This document shows positions 12,968 through 25,166 of a stretch of DNA of 64,000 nt, one piece after another. The stretch lies in assembly GCA_964106645.2 (NCBI GenBank), contig OZ067047.1; one strand, written 5' to 3'. This stretch comes from Podarcis pityusensis (lineage: Eukaryota). Every line of letters starts with the position of its first letter. Position 1 is the first letter of the stretch. Under the pieces are notes generated by a model. The model was not told where the DNA came from. It saw only the letters and a program-made list of their open reading frames with translations, and searched no databases. The position numbers were made by a program, and so were the translations under genes.

Positions 12968-13085
12968 AGGAACATAGAAAGCTGCCTTATACCAAGTCAG
13001 GCCATTGATCCATCTCATTCAGTATTATCCACACTGACTAGTAGCAGCTCTCCAGAAACTCAGGCAGGAGTCTTTCCCAGCCCTA
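12968..13085 (-). mobile_element. Squam3-like SINE 3' part inside the FBXL14 3'UTR
   Basis: aggaacatagaaagctgccttataccaagtcaggccattg...gcagctctccaga is the reverse complement of the Squam3-type tail. Confidence 0.75.
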
Positions 13086-13371
13086 TCATACTACCTCTTC
13101 TGGGCCATAATACTTCTATTTTTCTCTTCCTGCCCCCCACCTTGTGCTTGAGGCTAGAAACAGCCATGCTTTTTAGACTTCCCTCCTGAGCAGGTGATGT
13201 TTCTTTGACACAGCACTATAAATGGAGTGTCAACTGAAGTGCACTCATACTTCTCACTGTTGCTTGCAGAAAACGGGGAGGAGACATCAAACACAGTATT
13301 TCTCCCTTGGACTCATTTTATGCTGTATCCAACCAACCCCATCACCATCTTTCCTTTGCTGCCAGTTAACA

Positions 13372-13456
13372 GTACAATCCTATGCATATTTACTTTGAAG
13401 TAAATCCCACTGTTTTCAGGGGGCTGTACTCCCAGGTAAATGTGCATAAGATTGCA
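13372..13456. repeat. Short palindromic repeat in the FBXL14 3'UTR
   Basis: tacaatcctatgcatatttact ... ggtaaatgtgcataagattgca inverted arms. Confidence 0.75.
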
Positions 13457-14571
13457 GTCTCAGTCTAGAGGTTGAAGTCACCTTTGTTCAACATTTTATA
13501 ATTCTCTCCCCCCCCCCACCTCTCTCTTCCTCCTTACTCCATCTTTCTCCTCCTTTTTGTGTGTGTGTGTATATACTTTTAACAACATAGCCAACCACAC
13601 ATCTTTTCCATTTGGAGAATTGAGGGTGTATGAACGATGGAATTAATCTTCACTTGTACTTTTCACTAGAAATACTGTGACTGTCTTTTATTTAGAAACA
13701 CATAACAAACAAAACTACTCTACAAAGCTTCCCTTCCCTGAAAAGTCTTGTGGGTGAGCTCAGCTTTTTTTATTCATTCTCTTCTCTTCAGTATTCATCT
13801 TCATACATAGTCTAATTTTGAAAGACATTTGAAGTGGCTGTTCTTGTGGATTTTTAAGTACACTTTTACTGCTTAATATATTCTCTATATAAATGTTTGG
13901 CTACCTCGGGTTTTGGGGTTTTGTTTTGTTTTTGTTCTCAACCCCCCTCCCCCAGGAGTTTTTATAAGAAAGATAAGAGACTGAAATATTTTGTGCCTAG
14001 ACTGGAAAGATAATCTCTTGGGTTTATGATTGCAAGGGGGGAGGCTGGTTGGGGTTTCTTTCCCCCTGTGTCCCACATACACATCATCTTTGTGCCTCTC
14101 CCTCTCTGACTAAGGTTCTGGGGACCCAACGATGCTCTTGTATTTCTACTCTTCTAGCACAAAAAGATGTAACATGTAAACATCCAAACTTATGATTGGG
14201 CTATGGTTAAAAGAAATGTGAAATAGAAACACCGTTTCTTTAAATATATATATTATGCAAATCCCCACCTCCCCTTCTCTCAAATTACCTAGGTCAAGTA
14301 AGAAGCTTCCTATATGGAAGTAGAAAGAAGAGCAGAGTGGACTGACTTGTAGTTGTAACATGAATGGGAAAAGTTGGTTTCATTTATTGTTTCTCTTCTC
14401 TCATTAAATTAAAGCCACTTCTTGACTACTTGTCTTTAAAAGGAGAAATAAGTCAGCTTTGAAGAAAGCAAAAATGATGGGGGAAGAAGGGGCAGTTGAG
14501 CAGATTTTCAAGTCCTCCACAGTTGCAGGTAATGGAACTCAGACAAGCCCAGACACATAACCCCACCATGG

Positions 14572-14669
14572 AATAAATGTACTGTTTGTGAATTTGTATA
14601 AAATAAAGATCCTCTTAAAACATTTTATATTCTTACAGTAAAAGGTTAAACTGATATTTATATAATAAA
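14572..14669 (+). terminator. FBXL14: Probable FBXL14 polyadenylation signals
   Basis: AATAAA at 14572, 14602 and 14664 with neighbouring TGTA motifs and a downstream GT/T-rich tract. Confidence 0.65.
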
Positions 14670-16477
14670 AGAGGAAATATGAAGTATGTTTTTGAAAAAA
14701 AAAGTTGTATCTGTGTTGTCTTTGTCTTTTTAAAAGTCAGGTATATTTGATCAAAACTTGTAAGAAGAGACACATTGCAGAGCTCTTGCCCTGTCTCCTC
14801 TGTCAGTAAGCAGTCAGTAAGCAATTTGGTCCAGTGAATCAAAGGAGTTGGAATGCTTTGTCCTTCTAGTACAGGAGGCTAAACAACTTCAGAATTAGAA
14901 GTTCACAACTGAGCAATTGGTTCCATTTGGAAGGATCTGTTAGTCCTAGCTTATCCTAGTCTGTCTACATGTAATATGTAATTGAACCTGTCCAGTAATA
15001 GCTTTCAGTTCAGTGTTGGGCAAATCACTATTGCTACTAGAGTTTTAATAAGTTTTTTTTTACAGATGCTGAGAACAGTACAGCAATGTTTGGTTTTTCA
15101 TTTTCAACAGAGGCAATATCCTCAGTTGCTGCATTAAATATCAAGTGAATCTGGATAACTAGAAACTTGGATGGCAAAAGGATGAAACCATGCGAATCAT
15201 CCAAGTCTTGAAAATAAAGTGAAAGCCAAACTTGGATGTTAAAAATAGCCTGGGGGGGGGAAGGTTCCCCCCCCCCCCACCTTTTGTACTCATCTGTGAC
15301 TTTTGGCCTGACAGTTTTAAAAAAACTTCTACTGAGGATTTTTCAAAACTGTAGTGGGGGGTTAAGCAGTGCTTATCGAGCATAAAACAAAGCTTTTTCT
15401 TTCTAAGTCATGCAGCATGGCTTTCTCCCCTTCTTTTCTTATTAAAGGGGGGGGTAGAGAGAATGTGAAATGGTGGAAGGAGCAGCAGCCATTGTTCAGG
15501 AAAGTTAAAAGAGGAGCTGTCCTTGCTTGCTTGTTCAGTCATGCATACTGAATCTTGCTGTGTGAGGGTCCCTATGGAAGGGAGGAGGGGTGGTTTCTTT
15601 CCCTCTTTTTAACATTCCTCTCCAGGCCTGGCTGTATTTAAGCTGCTTTTCCTCCATGTGGAGGGCGTGGGTGGGGGATGGTCTGGAGTTCCTGTACATT
15701 TGCATTTCAAGCACTTCCAGGGCTGCTGCAAGCTACTCTCTTCCATTCAAACTGCCCTCTCTACTAGTTGGCTTCTCTGCTAACAGTACCCCAGGTAAAC
15801 TGTCCATAAAACAACTACAGCAGAAAGACAGGCACTTCCTCAGCTACAGTGGAACCGGCAACATCAGTTTCTCCTTCAACACTGAAATACATTCATGTTC
15901 TAACACATGGAAAGGAACAAGATTAAATTTCTGCCTGGGGTTGGGAGGAGGCCATCCTTGCATTTCCTGTTCAGAGTAAGGTTTTACTGGACCTCCACTG
16001 TGCCCTCAAGAGGAAGCTAGCACCTAGATGGCTATTGCTGCTTTTATTTAAAATATTTCATGCTTTCTGCTGGGAGTTCGTCACACAAGCGGCATTGTTC
16101 TCGTTGGCAAAAGCCAGCACAATTGGATCTAATTGAGCCTGACACTACATCCATCTTCTTTTACTTGGAGGGAGGTGTAAGGTCTGTTTCTATGTTTGTT
16201 CCTACTTTTGCCTTTTCTTTTTATAATTTATAATATGTTTATGACTGAAGTGGCAATGAACACTATTAAAATAAGAATGCTTGACTGGTAAGCAGTGATA
16301 GTGGAATCTGTGTTATGTAATGGACACAAGTTCCCTAATACCTTGCTTTGGTGCAAGAGACTGGTAGCAAGTTTTGAAAAACCAGAGCTGAAACTAAAAT
16401 TTTCCTGGGATTCAGAACATTAGCTATTGTGGATTTGTTTTTGTTTTCTTAACCATCTATACTTCACTCTTCTACAG

Positions 16478-18830
16478 AGCAATTTAAACCCTCCATTCTG
16501 TGCCACAGGCCTCCATTTGCACCAGTAGTTCCAACATGAACATGGTCTGTTTCCAGTGAGGAATAGGAAGGATTTATACAAGGGCAACAAGTCAGTTATG
16601 GCTGAGTGAATTTATGTCTGCCAAAATAAAGGACAACTTTTGGTAAGAGAATGGTTGGTACCTTCTAGCTTTGGCTGGAATAATATGTGCAAATATCTGA
16701 AGCCAAACAAACTGCATTCTGTTCTGAAAACCTGGATATGTACAGACATCTCTCATTTGCACAGCATGTGCTCCCTTCATTCGCCTTTTTTTTTTATTAG
16801 ACGAAACTCCCACATATTGGAGCCACAAGTTTCCCCCGTTTCCAATAAAAGGTGGCTGTGCACAAAGCTGACTGGTTGACTCTTGTGCTGGTTGTGAAGC
16901 CATTATCCAACTCACCCAGAGTAATGGATCATTTTAAAAATACCAGTTGACCAGGGGAGAACAAAAAGTTGGAGTCATGTTCTGGTCAGCAGGGAGCAGA
17001 GGATTAACGCCTGTTCAAGAAGAAGGCAGTGCCAATCAGAAAAAACCTGTCCTTCCTGATGAGGAGGAACCTTCTAGTTTCGGGACTTAACCATAGAAAT
17101 TTCCTACAAACAAAAAGCCATTGGCAGATTACATTTGTTGCCAGCAGAATAGTAGTAAAGAATAATATGGAGAGACGGGAAACCTCAACAGTGTCCTTTA
17201 TTGAAAATTTGTGGTAAATAACACAGAAGATGATGTGAACCACCCTCCATGATTGCTTGTACTAATACGGGGGGGGGGGGGTGTCTGCTGACCAGAAGAA
17301 CACTTGGTAACAAAGCTTCCATTCTCAAGTCAAGGGAGTTGAGCAGACAACAAAGGGCTATCCAATAGCAATATTCCCAAAACAGAGAGAAAAAACACTT
17401 TGAAATACTTGTTGCAGGACCCTTCGATGGAAGGATAATTTGGCAAATGTCACATGAAGATGGAGGGTTCACGCACTGAGCATGTCATGGAGGCTTTTAG
17501 TGGTGTGTTGGATCTATGGCAGCCAAGATAGATGCTCTATGCATGGAGAGGGCTGTCATACCCCTTTGGAGGAGATGCCAAGGCTAGGCATTATATGCTA
17601 GGCAATGTGCTCTCAAGCCCCACTTCTGGAAAGTTTTCCCCTGCACCCCAATAGTGAAAGATTTTTCCAGGCAGACTAGGAGTTTGGGGCAAGGGAACAT
17701 TTTGTATAGGCCAAGGGGTCCCCATTGGGTATTGAGCTTGTGTCATTCCTTATTCCTGGGTGACGGTGGACTTGATCTAGTTCTATAGGATTCATCTGTA
17801 TGTACTAGTGAAACCAGGTGTGATTGCAAGCTTCAACAGTGACTTTGAGCTACCCATTTCTTTGAATTATTTTCATGGCCCAAACCAAGCTCACTTAACA
17901 ATGGATAATTCCTATTAGACTGTGAAATGGCCATATGCTGCAATTGATACATTTGGCCTGACCCCATCTGCTGCCAAACTACAGGTAGAAAAAAACATAG
18001 TATCCAAGAGCATATCTAAGCCAATGGGCAGAAACCACAGTCTTACAAGGAAAAACAAATCACATAAATTTTGAGGTGTACATTCCAATAGGTCTTTAAG
18101 CCAAATAATAGTAAGACCTGGAAGACAGAGAACCAACTAATGCCGCCGTAATGGCATTAAACCTCACACTATCAGTTGCAAAGGTGGAAGCAGACAAGGG
18201 TAGACTATCTAAGCTTATATCCACTGCCACAGGCAGAAACTTTAGCCAATTTATATCATTCTTATGGACAACTAACCAGTGCAACTACATGACCTTCTAG
18301 GAGGCCATCCAAACTACTGAAGGGCAATTCTTTCTTACTTAAAGATAAAGGGACCCCTGACTGTTAGGTCCAGTTGCGGATGACTCTGGGGTTGCGGCGC
18401 TCCTCTTGTTTTACTGGCCGAGGGAGCCAGCGTTTGTCCGTAGACAGCTTCCGGGTCATGTGGCCAGCATGACTGAGCTGCTTCTGGCGAACCAGAGCAG
18501 TGCATGGAAACGCCGTTTACCTTCCCGCTGGAACGGTACCTATTTATCTACTTGCTAGGTTGGCAGGAGCAGGGACCGAGCAACGGGAGCTCACCCCGTC
18601 GCGGGGATTCAAACTGCCGACCTTCTGATCGGCAAGCCCTAGGCTCAGTGGTTTAGACCACAGCGCCACCTGCGTCCCGTTTCTTACTTATTTAAACTGC
18701 ACCCACCTGGAGAACCTAACTGGCTTTCTGCAACTGCCTTTGAAAATGCCTCAATGACCTCAGAAGTCTTGGGAGAGGAATCAACTCTCTAAACAGAAGC
18801 AAGCTCCTCATCCTATTGCAATCAGCCTAA
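16478..18830. pseudogene. Candidate decayed protein-coding sequence of unknown family
   Basis: Unique sequence with long frames broken by scattered stops and frameshifts; internal 34-codon repeat with third-position-biased divergence; + strand acceptor at 16477; interrupted by a Sauria SINE; boundaries and strand uncertain. Confidence 0.5.
18342..18679 (-). mobile_element. Full-length Sauria SINE (lacertid type)
   Basis: Minus strand GGGACGCAGGTGGCGCTGTGGTCTAAACC (box A) ... GTTTGAATCCC (box B) ... CAGGGGTCCCTTTATCTTT tail; perfect 11-bp TSD TTTCTTACTTA at 18331-18341 and 18680-18690. Confidence 0.95.
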
Positions 18831-19534
18831 ATTTACATAGGGGTTATGTTCCGGGGATTGCACCTAAAGCCGAAATTGTGTATAGTCAAAACATTGAGTT
18901 CCCAGAACCCCACCCTTTTCTATTTTTTTGCCATGTTCATAAAGCTGAATGTGCACAACCCAAAGGCATATAAATTGTGGGCTTACTGTATAATGACTTC
19001 AGATAAAAGGTGGGGAAATCCTCACTCAGAATTGAATGTGTCTGTCCTGGTCTATCCCGTCTATGCTTGGGGTGAGGAAGCGTCTACTCCACAGGAGGAA
19101 GTTTTAAAACTCTGATTTTATTCACCAGACAGTCCACTGCTCTCTGTTTCTGAGGGAGGAGGGTAGGAAATTTGACAAAGAGAACCCCTTGATGAAATAA
19201 GGTACTGCTACCTCAAGTTGTGCCCATGTGTGATATCTCTTCTCAGGGACAACTTTTTGATTCTCTGAAACTTCTGGTGATAAATGCAAGGGAATTCTCT
19301 TCTTGTCAGGCCTGTATTTGATCTAACTTTCAGAAGATCTATAGACTCCTGGGTTGTACTCTACCATTCAGTAAACTGATGATCAGACGTGCTAGTATTC
19401 AGGGAAGTATGAGGGCATTGCCCAAACTTGTTTTTGTGCCAGATTGTGTGCGCACATGCATGAACACACACAAAAATGCCCAGCTGTCTTTTTAGGAAGA
19501 GCTGTAGCTGTGGCAGAACAGCTGCCCTAGATAT

Positions 19535-19660
19535 AGAAGGTCCCAGGATCTCTCCCCAGCATCTCCAGGCAGGTCTGGAAGAGACCCCTGGCAGATAGCA
19601 TAGACAACACTGAGTCAGATGGAGCAATGATCTGACTCAGCACAAGGCAGCCTCCCACAT
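19535..19660 (+). mobile_element. Squam3-like SINE fragment
   Basis: agaaggtcccagg...gcatctccagg...agacaacactgagtcagatgga...tctgactcagcacaaggcagc. Confidence 0.7.
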
Positions 19661-20888
19661 TCAACTTTCGAAACACCTGGCAAGGAGTGGTAACCTTTCC
19701 ACCAGCTGGAAAGCTTGCATATGGAGAGAAACCCTTATGGGACTGTTTCCAATGTCTCAAGCCCCAGAGTAACAGTGCCACTTCCTACTTACAGAAGAAA
19801 AGACAGGCAGCTGCTTAAGAGGGGAGGGAGTTCAGTTGCCACCCCTCTCCATTTTATTCTTACCTCAAGGCCATGCCTCGGTGATGCTGCCTGGCTCTTG
19901 CAACACACCAGCCCTGTGCCTCATGAGTTGAAATGAGAGAGTTGCTTCCTCTGGAGAGCTGCTCTTCTCTACCGTTTTGCTTTCCCTGAAAAACTGGGAC
20001 TTTTCTGTCCCATTCCAATGCTGCACTTCACAAAAGAGGGAACTGGTTTTCCTGCAAAAAACAAAACAAAACCAGGGCTGCCCTTCCTCTCCATCTAGTA
20101 TTGCAATGAGATTTCAGCTGTGTTCTCCAGCATCCCTCAAGTGAGACACACGAGCGTCTTAGAAATAAAAGCAGCTTTTCATAACAGTGTCTCTGGCTAC
20201 ACTTAATTTAAAGCACTACCACAAGGGACTGCTGATTCCACAAGGGGTTTATGCTACTTTTTCACACTCCACAAGGTGGCAGAGGGACTTTCCAGGAACT
20301 TCCTTTAACTTGCCAACAGTACTGTTAGCATCTTGTTTGCCAAACTTGCTAGGCCTCAGTGCTGCTATTAGGCCTTTGTATATACTCTTAAGGGAAAGGA
20401 TGGCTGCTCCCTCAGGAAAGGAGGGACAGATGACAGCCACCCTTCCGTATGCCTGCTCTGCCTCACTGAGGATATCAGAAGGAAAGGCAGGCTAGGGCAA
20501 CAACCACTCTTGTCACCAGTAACATTCCTGAAGTAAAAAAGGCGGGAAAATGGGAGACACACCAGGGAACCCTTTTAGTTTGCTTTTTACAGTTCTTGCA
20601 CTATTATCTTGGTGTCTGTGGGTTCCAGAAACTACTGGATGCCATTTTGTGAAGAGCTTCAGAATGACATTGTGTACTGCAAAGCAATGCCAAGGTCAGA
20701 TTACAGCAGATAAGCCTTGTCTTGCTTCTAGGCCTGACATCCAGGCAGGTTTGGGACAGAAAAGAGCAGCTCAACAGCAGTGTGTTTTGCTGCAGTACCA
20801 GCTGCGGGGGGAGAAGCCAAGCACAGAGAAGCTGTGTCAGGAAAGGAAGGCCATTTCTCCTGAGCAACTCCTCAGACTTCAAAGAACC

Positions 20889-20948
20889 ATTGAATTGTAG
20901 AGTTGGAATGGACCACAAGGGTCATCAAGTCCAACCTCCTGCAATGCA
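20889..20948 (-). mobile_element. CR1 LINE 3' end fragment
   Basis: gaattgtagagttggaatggaccacaagggtcatcaagtccaacc; matches the start of the 57284-57780 element. Confidence 0.65.
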
Positions 20949-21883
20949 AGACTCGTTTTACCCACTAGAGGCGTCAGAGCATAGTAAAACAAAACAAGCA
21001 AGCAAACAAAATAACCTCTCTCTGCAACCTGACTTGTAATGTTGGCTCCTTACGAAACTTAAACACCATTTCAAGCACCAAGAAGTAAACATGGGCAGTG
21101 GACTGTTGCTTATGAACCAGGCCAGCGTCAGGTAGTTTCTCAATAGAAGCAATTCCCCTTCCAAAATTACATAGGTTGTTGGAGTGGCAGTAGATCTGTT
21201 AATGGAAGTTTGAAAGGAAAAAGCTTTCTGCTTCTTGTGATATGAGGGTCATTACCCAATTAAAAAGGGTATCACTCCTGGGCTGATTAATCCACTTTTC
21301 CAGATGCTTTAGCACCTGTTTTCTCAGCTGAAAAAACTCTGGGTGAAGAGACTTAACCTCAATCATCAAGCAGAAAAAGAAAGCAGGTCTGTTTGAGAAA
21401 GAGAGTTCTGTGCTTCTCTGCTTGGCTCCACCTGTCATTTTGCATGTTAATATTGGAACTGAATTAGTGTTGCCCAAAATTGTTGCTCTGGGCTTTGACA
21501 TGCTACAGAGCTACCTCCATAAAATAGATCTGGTGACAGCCAAAAATGGGAACTCCCATGCTTGATATTGTTCCCTTTCCAGGATTAGTTCAGGAGTTAC
21601 ATCCTTCCTGGCATCCAAACTGGATCCTCCTTCAATTTGGCAGTAGAGAGGAGCATGCTTCTTGCGTGGGATGGCAGATTATGCCCCTGTCAGAAAGCTG
21701 GCCTGGGAGCAAAACATCTCTTCAAGTAAGGACTGGTTCGTTATTTACCCAGAAGGGTAGGCCCTGCTGAAAGCCAAAAGGAGCACAATTTCTGCTTGAG
21801 TTTCCTTGCCAGAAGTCAGTCAGAGAGCTTTGTGGCCAGTCCTAGTGTTCTCTCCTTCATATGACATATTCAGTGGACCTAGA

Positions 21884-22105
21884 CACTGGCGAAGGAATAG
21901 GAGTGCAGGGGGAGTGCACTGCCCCCGGCAGCATGATCCCGGTGGGGTCATCACGGCTGCCCCCCGACCACGCTACATGCCATGCCCCCAGGACGCACGC
22001 CATGCCCCTGTGGGCAGCGCACCATGTCCCCAGGACGTGCGCCAGCCCCACCCCTGCCTGCTCTCTGCCCCCCCCCCGGTGCCGGAGCATGAAGTTCTGC
22101 CACTG
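21884..22105. mobile_element. GC-rich hAT MITE
   Basis: Ends CACTGGCG / TGCCACTG; perfect 8-bp TSD GACCTAGA (21876-21883, 22106-22113); internal catgcccc(a/t)g repeats. Confidence 0.85.
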
Positions 22106-23721
22106 GACCTAGAGCAGAAGTCTTCCTCAAGAGGGACAGATAAACTGCTAAACTGTAGGCTAAAACCAAAGGATCTCTCTCCTTTGTGCATAACAAGAGT
22201 ATCTCTTTATGAAAGTGGTGGTTGCTTATTGGGCCACCAGGCTGCCAATTCAGTAAGAGATTCTGAATGAGTGGAAAGATGAGCACTTAACCAGCAGGTT
22301 CCCACTTGCCAAGCTTGTTGGCTGGCGGGGAAGAAAGTCCTTCCAATGGAGGCTGTGGCTGTGTTGTCCAGAGTTGTTGAACACCCACGCACAAGCTCTC
22401 CACATCCCATTAAGGAGAAACATTATTGTATAATGTGGCCTACAAGTCTCTTTACCAAGCATAGCTACCTTCTGCATGCAAAGCAGATGCTCCACCACTG
22501 ATGCTCTTTCCTGAAAAGCAGCAGGGAGGAAGGTTTTTTTTTTATTTGCAGAAGCACTACAGTGACCAAAAGAACCAAGTGCTGCACCAGGATTTTGGAG
22601 AGATGTCTTGCTACTTCAGGTATCAGTCCCTTTCTGGAGCATGACACCACAGGGGAGGTCCCCTCACTACCTCCAAAAGTGTGTCATGTACTTCTATTAG
22701 CACTGGGTTCTCTTTGAGTCTATGGAAGTAATCCTATGAGTTTTTCTAAAGTGCAGTGTTGCAGGATAAGGTTACAAATCTAAATGTCAAAAGGGAAATG
22801 CAAAATTTAGCAGCTCCCAACATGATTTTGAACAAACGTGGTAGCCTTTACAATGTGCTATGACACAAGGTAGTATAAGGAACAGATATGTCTATATATT
22901 CAAGGAAACACCTACCAAAGAACTGGAAGATTTGGCATTGCAAACTGAGCTAAAAATCTGAAATGTTTTGTGGTGAAAAAGCTTCTACCTTTACATCACT
23001 ATCCTATACATGTTTATTCAGAAGTGAGTCCCACTGTTATTAATGGAGCTTACTCCCAGGAAAGCATATAGATTGTAGCCATAGTTCATAATTTTATTTA
23101 ATTTTTGAACCAATTATGCATCCAGTTAACAAATAGTATTCCACAACAAGGAACTGCATTTGTTTTTCTTTCTTGGAAAAATACTTTTAAAAAGAACAGT
23201 TATTATGACTGCAATAATGCTACTTTCGCACATGCTCTTAGAGGGTGTCAGAGAGTATGATCTCAGGCCCCACCATATTTGATTTTACTGCAAAGTATTG
23301 TATTTTTCCTTGACCTTCCCCCAACCATGATGAGAACAATCTCTCACTATATTATTTCCTAATTGAATAAGGGAGAAAATTTGCCCTCCAGCTGCTGCAA
23401 CTAAACGGACATGTGAGGCAACGCAGAATTCCAAAGTTAACTTGGTTTGGCTGTACGGGGTGGAGTATAGGAACAAAAATTAGAAACCTTTTATATTGAC
23501 CTGTTCCAAGCTGAAATACTTTTGCATTGTCTGATGCCCAGAAAAAGCGGAAACTGCTGCAGTTTGGGGCTGGGAAGTATGTCTGAGCACTGATGCTGTG
23601 TGAAACTCCCATTTGGTTGGTTGGGACTCCAAGGTAAATAGCCTTGTAAAGCATGTAGCCACAAGGTTAGATGGAGTGAGCCCCAAAATGTGTTCACTTA
23701 CCTAAACCTGCTGAGAGAGGG

Positions 23722-23885
23722 TGCAGTGTAAAGGTTAAGAGTGTGCATTGGGAAACCCTCAGTTCAACTATTGCTGCAGCCATGAAGTAGCCTTAAGCAA
23801 ACCACAACTGCTCAGCCCTGATCCACTCTGCATCTGCAATATGGGAATAATATAGCTACTTTATAGAGCAGTTGTAAGGATTATT
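23722..23885 (+). mobile_element. MIR/CORE-like SINE remnant
   Basis: ggttaagagtg...ccttaagcaa...catctgcaatatgggaataata...gttgtaaggatta. Confidence 0.6.
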
Positions 23886-24911
23886 TGGAAGAAGTATTCA
23901 GAACATTTAACCTACACTAAAGTGTTAATATAAATGCTATGTATTATTATTACCTCCATGCAGGTGGTAGATAGCAAAACTCCAAGCAATTGGAGAATGC
24001 TGGTTCACACTATATTTTTCTATATGTCTAAAATGGGGTGGGGGTGGATTGTTTCATGCAGACGTTGCTTTCTTTTGGACACCCCTCCTGTGATTATACA
24101 GGCAAAGAGACTGCAGTGTGCACAGTGTTTCTTCATTTTCATGATGAACTAGATAGGCAGTGAGGCGTTAAGGAGGCACGTGCTTGACTCAAGTTGGAGG
24201 CATTTGGGAAAGGGGGGTGAAGATTTGAAAATAGAAGTCAATGCACCTCAATGCTAGCATTTCAAAGGAATGTGTTCTGCAAAATCTGCTGCTCTGAGGA
24301 ACAGGCACAGTTTGGTTCCAGCAAAGTGGGGCCTTTGTGTTTTTCCTGCCTCCCTCCCTTCAGCAAAGCCCACTTCTATAGGCAGCTGCTCTTTCATACT
24401 GCTGTCTGTTAAGAAAAGATAATCGATAACTCTACTGGAATAGCTAAGGCTATGTTTGAAGACCCCTAAGGATGTCTTCTAGGCGCTGTGCCAAAGCTGC
24501 TGGCATGATTGCATAATGCTTCCCTGCAGTGTCCAGCCAGAGTCCTCCCTGTCAAATTCTCTAGCCTTAAAAGCTGCATGGAGGGGGTGGGGTGGGAGAC
24601 AGAGGTGAGGTTTCAGGTTTTTTTACAAGGAGTTAGATTTCTCCCACATTTGTTCTGCAATGTAGCTAATGCATTTCCCTCCTCCTCCTTTCCCCTCCCC
24701 AATTAAATTAAATCAAATCTAGTTGGTAAAAACAAGACCCAATGCAAAAGCCTAAAATAGCTTTGTTAAGATTTCACACTGATTTGATCAACAGTTCTAT
24801 ATATATTTCCTGGGGAAAGTGCTAAAAGGGGAAAACATTCTAATAAATTGGTACCTGAAAAAGAGTGTACTTTGCATTTAAGAACAGCCACTGTTGGTGG
24901 CTGGAACAAAA

Positions 24912-25070
24912 GGGAGGGCTGTAGAACATGTTTTGGATGCAAAAGAACCTAGGTTCATTCCCTGGAATATCCAATAGGGGTGGGGAAAAATCCTGTCCTG
25001 AAATTCTGGAGAACGGCTGACAGTGAATGTAGTATATTCTACTGAGCTAGGTAGCTTCTTATGCTCCTAA
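24912..25070 (+). mobile_element. Squam3-like SINE
   Basis: ggctgtagaacatg...ggttcattccctgg...ctgaaattctggagaac...actgagctag. Confidence 0.6.
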
Positions 25071-25110
25071 ATGGAATAATCTCAAAATGTGTTTTTATCT
25101 TTTCCCCAAT

Positions 25111-25112
<2 letters not shown>

Positions 25113-25158
<46 letters not shown>

Positions 25159-25166
25159 TCTCTCTC
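25113..25166. repeat. (TC)n microsatellite
   Basis: Read directly. Confidence 0.95.

Noticed and set aside
17090-17810. Faint resemblance of SWVTVDLI*FYRIHL to an RT motif and of KKPLADYI to bornavirus M
   Set aside because: Too short, wrong spacing and no supporting motifs (no YxDD); cannot be called an endogenous virus without a search
18600-18679. tRNA gene
   Set aside because: The A and B boxes belong to the SINE head; no full cloverleaf
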